Positions 46,502-54,719 of a DNA stretch of 64,000 nucleotides are shown piece by piece. The notes beneath the pieces are model-generated. The model ran no database searches, was not told the DNA's origin, and was given only the letters and a program-made list of their open reading frames with translations. The DNA lies in IMG/VR virus record IMGVR_UViG_3300013103_000001, positions 5,424 to 69,423 of that record; one strand, written 5' to 3'. The DNA comes from a virus. Each line of letters begins with the position of its first letter. Position 1 is the first letter of the stretch. The translations under genes were made by a program, and so were the position numbers.

Positions 46502-47389
46502 TCAAAAGTCGAGAGTGGGCTCAATTACAGCTATCCTGTCGAGAATTTTCCCGAAGCTAGGCTTCACAATCTCTTCATTGAAATTAAGCCCTGCTCTCGA
46601 ACCGCGGACAGTCCCGTACCTAGTCGCGACACCACCAACGTATTTGATGTTCATTTCTAAAATCAAGTCAAGCCAGTAGCCTGTTGAGTAATGCCAAACT
46701 GGAGCGTATGCTCCAGTCTTCTGTAGGCGTTGTTTCCCAGTATCTGTGGGGAGGACATCCCATACCTCTTTCACTTTTGCAGTCACTATAACGTTACAGT
46801 GGACCCTTCGGATCAATTTCATGAGAGACTCCCACTTGTCGTTCCTCCAATACCAATCGGAAGGCCTGACGTCAGCTTGGAACCCTGTCTTTTTAGGCCC
46901 CAATTTTAAGACTTCTAAGCGGAGGTAAGAGTTAACCCAGCTATAGACGTCAGAGAGAGAGTCTATAACGATGGTCCCTTCCTTTTCGTCTGCTAATTCA
47001 ACTAAAGTGTCCCAAAAAAGTTCGAAGGACTTGCACGGGTCGACTTCTTTTTCATCGTTTTCGACATATACAGGGCACACTCTCACTTTCTTTGCCTTAA
47101 ACTGTTTTTTATAAAAACGTGGGAGCCAGCTCGCAGCATTCTCTGTATCGATGATAGACGTCACGACTCCTGGAGGGATTTTAGGGCCAACTACGGAATC
47201 AGTCCACTTTTCTACGAGAGAAGCAGAAGCAGAAAATATGCTTTTCCCGACTTTTTCTCTACCGATGACTGCCATCTTAATTCCAGCAGTTTTGGTTATA
47301 GCTGCTTTATCATAATACGTCCATTCTCCTCTTATTTTCTCAGAAATTTTTTCAACTGGTTCTCTAGCGGCTTGCTCCATCCAACCCAT
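46502..47389 (-). CDS. RecA-fold ATPase (AAA_24/Sak4-like recombinase)
   Basis: GREKVGKS, IDTE, IVIDSLS, NVIVTAK; next to the SSB. Confidence 0.75.
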   Translation of the reverse strand: MGWMEQAAREPVEKISEKIRGEWTYYDKAAITKTAGIKMAVIGREKVGKSIFSASASLVEKWTDSVVGPKIPPGVVTSIIDTENAASWLPRFYKKQFKAKKVRVCPVYVENDEKEVDPCKSFELFWDTLVELADEKEGTIVIDSLSDVYSWVNSYLRLEVLKLGPKKTGFQADVRPSDWYWRNDKWESLMKLIRRVHCNVIVTAKVKEVWDVLPTDTGKQRLQKTGAYAPVWHYSTGYWLDLILEMNIKYVGGVATRYGTVRGSRAGLNFNEEIVKPSFGKILDRIAVIEPTLDF

Positions 47390-48507
47390 CAGTCAAAATC
47401 CTCCTCTGTTAACTGAATGACTTCATCACGACTTTCCTCAACTTTCTCTGGCTCGAGGTCCTCTTTTTTTATTTCTTGGACTTCTGGTGCTTTGATTAGA
47501 TATTGTGGGTAGGCGTATATTCCGAGGACACTTATGACTATTTCATCAGGGTTGCTTTTTGTCCCTTTTGAAGTCTGCCCGCAGACCATCAGCTTACTCC
47601 CACTAGAGAAGTTCGGTTTGATAAACTCTGGGACGTAGCACTTCACTGGAGGTAAGTCTTTCTCGTCTAACTTTTCGTCATCAAGCCACATAGTCCAGCT
47701 CCCAAAAGGACTTATTGAAGGGTCTAGAGACAGGACAAATGCGTCGAAGACTACGAACCGATTAAAGTCGTCTTTAAATGCGTTGTGCCACTCGGCCAGC
47801 ATGTCTATTTTACATTTGTGGTCTTTTAACGCTGTAGAGAAAAGAGTTTTTGGAGGAGGGACTTCTATATTTTTTGCAGGTTGAAATTCTGTTAACGCTG
47901 AGTAATTTAGGATAATCGGGTTTGACGTCACGTCGCTTTCAATTGCAAAAAACTCAACAGGTACAAATGTTGGGATCTTTGGAAGTATATAATCAGAGCT
48001 CTTAGGGTCCGCTGGACTACGAGATATGATGAGGACAAAAGGCTTCCAGTCCAATTTATCTGTAGACTTTAGTGGAGAGCGGCTAGCTACTCCGAAGACT
48101 TTGAAGAGAAAGTTCTCTTTTAGTGGGAGCCCATAGTTCCTGTTTTTAGTCCCTGTCGAGAAGAACTCGACGTTGTCTAGAGGAGTCCCGTCTTCGTCTG
48201 TGTACCCTAAACTTATTGCTTTCTGAGGGTCTCTCTTGAAGAGCTGTTTTGCAGCTTTCCAGCGTTTGTTATTAGTGTCAAAAGGCTTCGATCGACCAAA
48301 GACTACTCCACAGTATCGAGCAGCAGTAGAAATAGCTCGACGCCTGTATTTTGCGCGGACTTGCTGCCTCGCGACTTTTTCCTGGTCTTCTTCTGAGAGG
48401 TCGGGGAAAAGGCTTTTTGTGTCTTCCAGTGTTTTTAAGTACTCTTTTTTGAGAGCTTCGATCGGCTCTTTGAACTTTTCACTCCATTTTTTTAAAAAAT
48501 CGTTCAT
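47389..48507 (-). CDS. OB-fold single-stranded DNA-binding (RPA-like) protein
   Basis: Probable start MNDFLKK (48507); OB-like strands (LMVCGQT, ISVLGIY); acidic tail LTEEDFD. Confidence 0.65.
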   Translation of the reverse strand: MNDFLKKWSEKFKEPIEALKKEYLKTLEDTKSLFPDLSEEDQEKVARQQVRAKYRRRAISTAARYCGVVFGRSKPFDTNNKRWKAAKQLFKRDPQKAISLGYTDEDGTPLDNVEFFSTGTKNRNYGLPLKENFLFKVFGVASRSPLKSTDKLDWKPFVLIISRSPADPKSSDYILPKIPTFVPVEFFAIESDVTSNPIILNYSALTEFQPAKNIEVPPPKTLFSTALKDHKCKIDMLAEWHNAFKDDFNRFVVFDAFVLSLDPSISPFGSWTMWLDDEKLDEKDLPPVKCYVPEFIKPNFSSGSKLMVCGQTSKGTKSNPDEIVISVLGIYAYPQYLIKAPEVQEIKKEDLEPEKVEESRDEVIQLTEEDFD

Positions 48508-48614
48508 ATATATATAACCTCTACGAAATTTGGTAATAAAAAGTAGAATATAAAAATATAAAAATATTCTTTTGTGCCTCACCACAGTCAAGGAAAAAAA
48601 AATATGAGGAGCCT

Positions 48615-49373
48615 TCAGGACTCGCCGCCAGGCACCCGCTTCTTCCGCTCTTCTGGAGGCATCTTCTTCCAAGCTTCACTGCCACGCTTACTGAGTTTCT
48701 TGATCCTCTTTTTCGCAGCTTTTCTCGCAGCTTTTTGAACTTTGCTAGGGTGAGACTTTCTATACTTCAACTTACCTACAAGGTCCATAAACTGGTCCCA
48801 AGAAATCCCTTTATACCCGTGGTTTTTCCTGCACTTAGAAATCGCTTTGACAGCTAGCCTCATCTCTTTCTCGTTCAAAAGAGGGACGTTCTTAGGAGTT
48901 AGCTTCTCGTTTAAAGCATATTTGAACTTTTTGTGATAGGCCCAGAGGGTCGCTAAAACGAGGCGTAGTCTGAGAGTCCTCGCGTTTACACCTCTTTCTG
49001 AGAGGACCCCTCGTTCGTAATCTTCTTCGATATTTTCGAGAGTGTCTAACACCTCTGAGAGGTGGGAAAAGCGGCCGACAGGGTCTAAGTCCTCGACGTC
49101 CCTGCCGAGGTAGAGGTCTTCTCCTTTCGGGACCCACGCGACTCTGCCTTTGTAGTCTATAGTAGGCCTCTCGACTTCGCTCTTCGCGAGGAGCTCTTCA
49201 TAAGTATAGCCTGGAAAAGCGTCTTGCCAGTCGTCTGTTATCCACGTCGGAGGCATCCTAAGTTGAGCAGCAGAAACAGTCCGGCCAAACTCGGAAGGGA
49301 GTTTTACTTTAGTTTGAGCGAGCTCTTTCCACTTTTTTCGAGCTGCTTTAATTCCTTTTTTCGGCCTAGACAT
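48615..49373 (-). CDS. Basic protein with MSRP leader
   Basis: MSRPKKGIKAARKK; K/R-rich termini; GTGA RBS. Confidence 0.75.
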   Translation of the reverse strand: MSRPKKGIKAARKKWKELAQTKVKLPSEFGRTVSAAQLRMPPTWITDDWQDAFPGYTYEELLAKSEVERPTIDYKGRVAWVPKGEDLYLGRDVEDLDPVGRFSHLSEVLDTLENIEEDYERGVLSERGVNARTLRLRLVLATLWAYHKKFKYALNEKLTPKNVPLLNEKEMRLAVKAISKCRKNHGYKGISWDQFMDLVGKLKYRKSHPSKVQKAARKAAKKRIKKLSKRGSEAWKKMPPEERKKRVPGGES

Positions 49374-49470
49374 CCTTGATCACTTCATACTAGAAATATG
49401 TGAACTTAGATATATATTTGTTTCCTCGCTAAAGAATATTTATATTATCGGCTGCAAATAATTACTTATT

Positions 49471-50061
49471 ATGGTAAAAATATTTGTAGACGATAGAGAA
49501 TATTTCACAGATAAAGAATTTCTTACAAAAAGGTTGCTCATAGGGGACTATACGGCAGAGCATTTGGACGCTGTTGTAGAGCACAAAACACCAAGGGACT
49601 TCGAGAAAAGCTGTACTACAGGGCATTTAGTAAACCAAGTAATTAAAATGAATAACACGTATAAAAAAAGTGTAGTCGTAGTATCAGGGATCCCAAACTT
49701 CTCCAATCAAATACTCGGGAGGTTAGCAAGATTGATAGCGAGTTCAAACACGTCTTTTGTATTCCTTAAATCGAAAGGAAATGCGTTCTACTTTATTAAA
49801 AAGTTCTTCGAGAAGGTCGAAGACGAGAAGCCTTTAACCCCGGAAGTACAGCTGTTCTCGACTGAAGATATGAGGAGAGCAGCTCTCTGTTGTATACCGT
49901 CTATAGGCTGGACTCTCGCAGAGAGGCTGCTAGAAAAGTTCAAAACAATGAGAGCAATCGCTTCTGCTAGCCTGAAAGAGTTGACAAAAGTTAGAGGCAT
50001 AGGTAAAGAAAAAGCTGTAAAAGTCGTTGAATTTTTTAGCTATGAAAAAGGAAGAGACTAA
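49471..50061 (+). CDS. ERCC4/XPF-family nuclease with (HhH)2
   Basis: VDDRE, GDY, VEHKT..DF, IPSIG, VRGIGKEKA. Confidence 0.9.
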   Translation: MVKIFVDDREYFTDKEFLTKRLLIGDYTAEHLDAVVEHKTPRDFEKSCTTGHLVNQVIKMNNTYKKSVVVVSGIPNFSNQILGRLARLIASSNTSFVFLKSKGNAFYFIKKFFEKVEDEKPLTPEVQLFSTEDMRRAALCCIPSIGWTLAERLLEKFKTMRAIASASLKELTKVRGIGKEKAVKVVEFFSYEKGRD

Positions 50062-51707
50062 GATATAATTTCAGCAGGTATTTCAATTGACACTTTCTCA
50101 GGGTCTTTATAACTCGTTTCTACAATAGTTTCGTACTTCCAGTACGTGTTATAATAGTGTATCAAGAGCTTGACCTCGTGCTTTTTAGCAGCGAGTTCTC
50201 TTGCTTTTCTTATCTCTGGCATGAACTCTTTTGGCCTTATCTTAAAATTAGTTATATTTATAGCTGAAGCTTTTGTGTTTATAACAGCGTAGAGCCCACT
50301 TTTGTACTTCACAACTAAGTCTGGGTCTAGCCGTCTGTCTTTTGCTCTATATACTTTCTCTACATCTTCGTCTTGCTCGTATTTCTTAGCGCAATAACTC
50401 TCCCACTGCCTGCCTAACTCTTTTCTAACTACTATCAAAACGCTCCTTATATTTTTTTCTATTTTCTTGAGGGAAATTTCTTCTGAGTCTATGTCTCCTT
50501 TCTTACTAAAAGCGTCATAAATCTCTTCTGTAGTCTTCCCTGAGTATGCGAGCTGGAACTGCAAGATCTTATCTTCTTTGTCCTTCCCTCTCACTCTCTT
50601 GAAGGCTTTTGACATGTCGAAAAAGAACTTATTGTAGTGCTCTTCTACAGGCTCTAAGTTGACGACTCTCTCTCCTCCAGTCAGCTTTTCCTCTTTTTCA
50701 CTCTCCTGGGAGAAGTCTTCCCTAGGGAGTTCTTCTTCTAAAGGCTCACTAAGCGCGCCCATTCTTATTTTAATAGAGATATACTGGAGGAGGTTCTTAG
50801 TGTACTGAGCGCTCGGAGAGTCTATCCCAGCTAAAGAAACAAATGGACGGATTTCGGACGACACGTTCTTTTTTTTAGTGTCTATTGGGATTTTGTTCTC
50901 TTTGATATACCTTAAAACTCTTTCTGTATCTTCAAGAAGTTTTTCTGCTTCCTTTTTACCGTCCATAGCGACCATCCCTCCAGCTTCGAGGAGGTCGTCT
51001 ATGTTTTTCATCTTCATGTCTTCATACTTTTTCAGTAAGTCTTCAGGGATCCCTTTCTTTATATAACATATGCCTAAGATCGTGTTGTTCCTCCCTCCTC
51101 GGACCAACATCCGAGAGAGGCCTGTCTCTTCGTTATACCCGAGCGTTTCAAATTTGAGGTTCACTACTAAGTCTTGCATCTCGTTTGGGGTGATCCCTAT
51201 GTAGTTAATTTGTTTTGCTCTAACCGCTTTTCTGATATTATTTATAGAGTCGAGAGTAATCCTAGAGCCTGCTCCGTGGATAACAGGACGTTCGTCCTGC
51301 AAAATTATGTCTCCGGGGTTTGCTTTTTTTAAGATGTCATTGACTTCCCAATCAGAAAAGCAGATATAAATCTTAGAGGGCTTCCCTTGCTTTAAATACA
51401 TATACTGTAAAATACAAGCGAGTGAGAGGCCTGCTATCGACTTACCTGTGCCTGGTGGGCCGAAGACAGTCATTATTACGTTCATCTTCTTAGTAGCTGT
51501 TTGTTCGAACCTCTTCCACACTATTTTGGAAATATTGTTCTTGAGAGCCCTTTTAATCTCGTCCCATTTTACAGCGTCTTGGATTATAAAAGCCTTATCG
51601 TCTTCATAGAGGAAGAAAAAATCTCCTAAGACTCTCGAAATCTCTTCCTTTTTCCTTTCTAAGAGGACGTCTTTGTCTTTCTCCTCTCTAGGGAGCGCCA
51701 TCGGCAT
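50058..51707 (-). CDS. P-loop ATPase (FtsK/HerA/Zot-like, candidate packaging ATPase) with C-terminal PD-(D/E)XK-like domain
   Basis: GPPGTGKS, IILQDE, VRAKQINYIGITP; C-terminal GRQWE...PDLVV...INTK. Confidence 0.6.
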   Translation of the reverse strand: MPMALPREEKDKDVLLERKKEEISRVLGDFFFLYEDDKAFIIQDAVKWDEIKRALKNNISKIVWKRFEQTATKKMNVIMTVFGPPGTGKSIAGLSLACILQYMYLKQGKPSKIYICFSDWEVNDILKKANPGDIILQDERPVIHGAGSRITLDSINNIRKAVRAKQINYIGITPNEMQDLVVNLKFETLGYNEETGLSRMLVRGGRNNTILGICYIKKGIPEDLLKKYEDMKMKNIDDLLEAGGMVAMDGKKEAEKLLEDTERVLRYIKENKIPIDTKKKNVSSEIRPFVSLAGIDSPSAQYTKNLLQYISIKIRMGALSEPLEEELPREDFSQESEKEEKLTGGERVVNLEPVEEHYNKFFFDMSKAFKRVRGKDKEDKILQFQLAYSGKTTEEIYDAFSKKGDIDSEEISLKKIEKNIRSVLIVVRKELGRQWESYCAKKYEQDEDVEKVYRAKDRRLDPDLVVKYKSGLYAVINTKASAINITNFKIRPKEFMPEIRKARELAAKKHEVKLLIHYYNTYWKYETIVETSYKDPEKVSIEIPAEIIS

Positions 51708-52566
51708 TTGAAACTCTTCCTCTCTTCATTATTTTTTTTCTGTCTTTCATAGCCGCGATTTGAGCGTTTTTTTGGACTTCTTGTTGTTTCCTCAGCGCGT
51801 TGTACTCAGTCACGTCGATGTTCAGTATAGAAGTGTCTCCTTCCATGATCGCTTTGAACTGAGGAGGTTCAGACCCTCCGACTGGGCCGAGTTTTCTCAC
51901 TTCTCCAAGAGCTTTCGTATAGTCTTTAGCGCTCTTTGCGATAACCTCCCACTTGTTCATTTGCTCTAATCTTTTCATCCCTGAAGACATAATATGCCCT
52001 GCAATCTGGTGTATCTTGAGTTCGATGTTCCGCGTACTTTCTTCAAAAATTCGAGACTCTCTAGGAGTCCTCTTTCGACTTCCATACTTCGCGTAGAGTT
52101 CATAAACTTGTCGGCGGATATACTCGATCAAATTAGTAAACTGAGCGTTAGCCCTCACGTCGAGGTTCGCGACTAAAATCGAGGAACGGAGGCCTTCGAC
52201 GTGTTCTAATAGCTTAATCAGCTTGTTGTCTCTGATGCTTTCAGAATCAGTCGACTCCATTATCGCTCTCATTATTTCGCGTTGAAGTTGGAAGTTATAC
52301 CGTATTTTCTTGCAAGTGGACGCTTGAGGGCATATATTGTATTCATAGTCGCGCTTGAGGAGCTTGGAAACAGCAACTTCGAGTTCAGAGACTGCGTTGA
52401 ACATCTGGTAGTTCTTTCTGTCGTGAAAGTACCTCTTGAGACGTTTAAACCTCTTTGTAATGTTGGATTTTTTGTTCTCTAGAGGTATGATCTCGAGGCA
52501 CTTTTTTGAGCAGTCTACTTTGTACGTCTTAACTTCTCCGTCGAGTTCAATATCTTCCGTTTTAAT
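51688..52566 (-). CDS. Hypothetical helical protein; frame open 54 codons upstream of ATG 52404
   Basis: In-frame extension IKTEDIELDGEVKTYKVDCSKK...RKNYQ fills the gap up to the upstream stop; no ATG/GTG/TTG in it. Confidence 0.6.
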   Translation of the reverse strand: MKTEDIELDGEVKTYKVDCSKKCLEIIPLENKKSNITKRFKRLKRYFHDRKNYQMFNAVSELEVAVSKLLKRDYEYNICPQASTCKKIRYNFQLQREIMRAIMESTDSESIRDNKLIKLLEHVEGLRSSILVANLDVRANAQFTNLIEYIRRQVYELYAKYGSRKRTPRESRIFEESTRNIELKIHQIAGHIMSSGMKRLEQMNKWEVIAKSAKDYTKALGEVRKLGPVGGSEPPQFKAIMEGDTSILNIDVTEYNALRKQQEVQKNAQIAAMKDRKKIMKRGRVSNADGAP

Positions 52567-54265
52567 CTTCCTCCAGCCCTTCAGGGAACAAATCTTTTAT
52601 GCTTTGTATATATGCAGCCTTCTCAGCTGCTAATTTATTTGTACCTTCAAACTTTTTTATCTTATCTTCGACTTCTGTAATCTTATTTTTTAATTGCTTT
52701 ATGTCTGTCACGTTTTTAGTCTCTTGGAGATATATCTGAAAGTCTCTTAAGGCTATCCTTTTGATCTCGTCTGTCGGGACTCCTGCGGTGAAGTTTGCGA
52801 ACACTTTTTCGAGGACTTTCTCGATTATGATCTCGTTATAAGTAGTCCTCTGTACAGCTTTTGAGTAAACATCTGTAAGCCTGCTCGCAAATTCGAGTTC
52901 TAAGTTATACAGCTCCTCTTTCGTCTCTTTTAGTTTCCCTTGTAGTTTTGCTTTCTCTGCTGCTATCCGTCGTGTCTTCATCTTCTGTGTGGCTATGGCA
53001 TTTCCAAATGAAATAAAGTTTTCCATTGCTCCTACCGGGTTGTCTGCAAAAGACTTTATTCTTTTTGCTTGCACAGTTTCATCTACGTGCACAATTGTGA
53101 ACTTCGAGTCTTGCTTTAAAGCTTCTATCTCAGATTTTGTTAAGTTAGCTTGCTTAATCTTCTTTCTAATTAGTTTTTTATATGAAACAGCGTAAGGGCC
53201 TTTCTTAACTTCGATTACTTCGTATTTTGGGTCTCTTTCCATCTCTTTAAGTTCATTGGTCGTTATAGTGTCTATTTTGCTGTTCACTCTTTTCTTTGGG
53301 GTGTCTGTTCGTTTTTCTATGTATACTACAGTCACGAGCTCTTCAGACTCGATTACAGAGTATTTCATTTCTTTTTTCATCCGTTTCACTTCGCTCTCGG
53401 ATAAGATCGCTTCGGTACTCTGTTTCTCTTCTATATCTACATATTTAACCCTAAAGGCTTTTTCGACTCCTTTGACTTTTACGTCAAAGTCTCCTTCGAG
53501 CTTCTTTAGTTCTTCTTCTGATAATATTTCTTTTACTGTTATCTCCTCATCTTTCTCTTTCAGGACAACTTCATATTCAGGTCTTATTGAGTTAATTTTT
53601 ACGACAGCTTTGCTGTCTTTCAAGTCTTCTATCTCTTCTATTGTCAAACTCTTTTTTTGGTCTATAAGTGAAAAAGCTTCTTCTTCCTTGTCGAATATCT
53701 CTTCAGTATACTCTACTCTATATAGATATTCTAACTGTTCTTTCGGGATATCAGACTCTATGACTTCGACTTCTTTTATTAAGTGCGATGTGTCTCTTTC
53801 TACCCAGCTCCACGCTTTGCGGTTGAGTTTAGGGATAAAAATAACAAGTGCGTAGACAAAGAGCTTTAAATAATTGAGCACTGACTTTTTCATAGGAGAG
53901 ACTAGTGGGTCGTTAAAATATTGAGATTTGAGGAGCTTGTGTTTCCTCAGAGTTAAATATGGGAAGAACCATTCGACTACTAAGACCTCTGCTGAGAGGT
54001 AAAGGTCTTTTATGATCGACCAAGGGAGGGTCGAATATATATGTTGCGGCTTCGTCCCGCTTTTTTTGAAGCGGAATTTAAAGAGCCTGAGGCCTCGGTC
54101 AAACCCTTCGTCCTCCATAAACGTCCCTAGTTCTCTGAGTTTAAGAGTGTTTGCTTCTCTAATATAAATCGTTTTTCTCTGAGTGGCTCTCCAAAGAAAT
54201 ATTAGTAATAACAATACAAAGAAAAGAAACCACCCGAGTTCTAAAAGAAATAGCGCTGAGTTCAT
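52562..54265 (-). CDS. Membrane-anchored protein with five ~45-aa repeats and a coiled coil
   Basis: Start MNSALF (54265, ATGA overlap); N-terminal TM; repeats Y.V.Y.E...L[ST]..E.K.L..D..Y.VI. Confidence 0.75.
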   Translation of the reverse strand: MNSALFLLELGWFLFFVLLLLIFLWRATQRKTIYIREANTLKLRELGTFMEDEGFDRGLRLFKFRFKKSGTKPQHIYSTLPWSIIKDLYLSAEVLVVEWFFPYLTLRKHKLLKSQYFNDPLVSPMKKSVLNYLKLFVYALVIFIPKLNRKAWSWVERDTSHLIKEVEVIESDIPKEQLEYLYRVEYTEEIFDKEEEAFSLIDQKKSLTIEEIEDLKDSKAVVKINSIRPEYEVVLKEKDEEITVKEILSEEELKKLEGDFDVKVKGVEKAFRVKYVDIEEKQSTEAILSESEVKRMKKEMKYSVIESEELVTVVYIEKRTDTPKKRVNSKIDTITTNELKEMERDPKYEVIEVKKGPYAVSYKKLIRKKIKQANLTKSEIEALKQDSKFTIVHVDETVQAKRIKSFADNPVGAMENFISFGNAIATQKMKTRRIAAEKAKLQGKLKETKEELYNLELEFASRLTDVYSKAVQRTTYNEIIIEKVLEKVFANFTAGVPTDEIKRIALRDFQIYLQETKNVTDIKQLKNKITEVEDKIKKFEGTNKLAAEKAAYIQSIKDLFPEGLEED

Positions 54266-54717
54266 CTTTTTACGTACCTCTTTAAAATTATTATAGTAGC
54301 AGATATTAAAAACATTACTATCCAGCTCACTGGAAGGATTGGGATAAAAAACGAAGTGAGAAACATCAATAAGAAAAACCAACCCCAAAGGGCATAGTAA
54401 GAAAACAAAATCATGAAGCGTCCGAACTTACTCTTGGCCCACTGCAAGAAGACTAACCCGAGGCCCAAAAGTAAGATGACAGTAGAGTTTGAAATGAGGC
54501 TCTCGAAAGACCCTCCTTGGACGACTACACTGATCACACTAACTGAGCTATCAACAAAGATTAGAGCATATATAGTATATTTAAGAAACTTCCCAGCAGG
54601 GGCGAGTTCGAGTATGTCAGCTACTCCATAAAGCAAAAGAGTCCCTGCAAAAGTAGCTAAAAAGTACGGTAGAAAAGCAAATATAACTTCGTAAACTGGA
54701 GACAAGATCGCGCCCAT
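54262..54717 (-). CDS. Multi-pass membrane protein
   Basis: 4-5 hydrophobic helices. Confidence 0.75.
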   Translation of the reverse strand: MGAILSPVYEVIFAFLPYFLATFAGTLLLYGVADILELAPAGKFLKYTIYALIFVDSSVSVISVVVQGGSFESLISNSTVILLLGLGLVFLQWAKSKFGRFMILFSYYALWGWFFLLMFLTSFFIPILPVSWIVMFLISATIIILKRYVKR

Positions 54718-54719
54718 TT

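Noticed and set aside
48615-49373. Histone
   Set aside because: Basic termini only; no histone-fold pattern recognised.
50058-51707. Terminase large subunit
   Set aside because: No terminase-type adenine-binding/Walker A context or RNase H-like acidic triad recognised.
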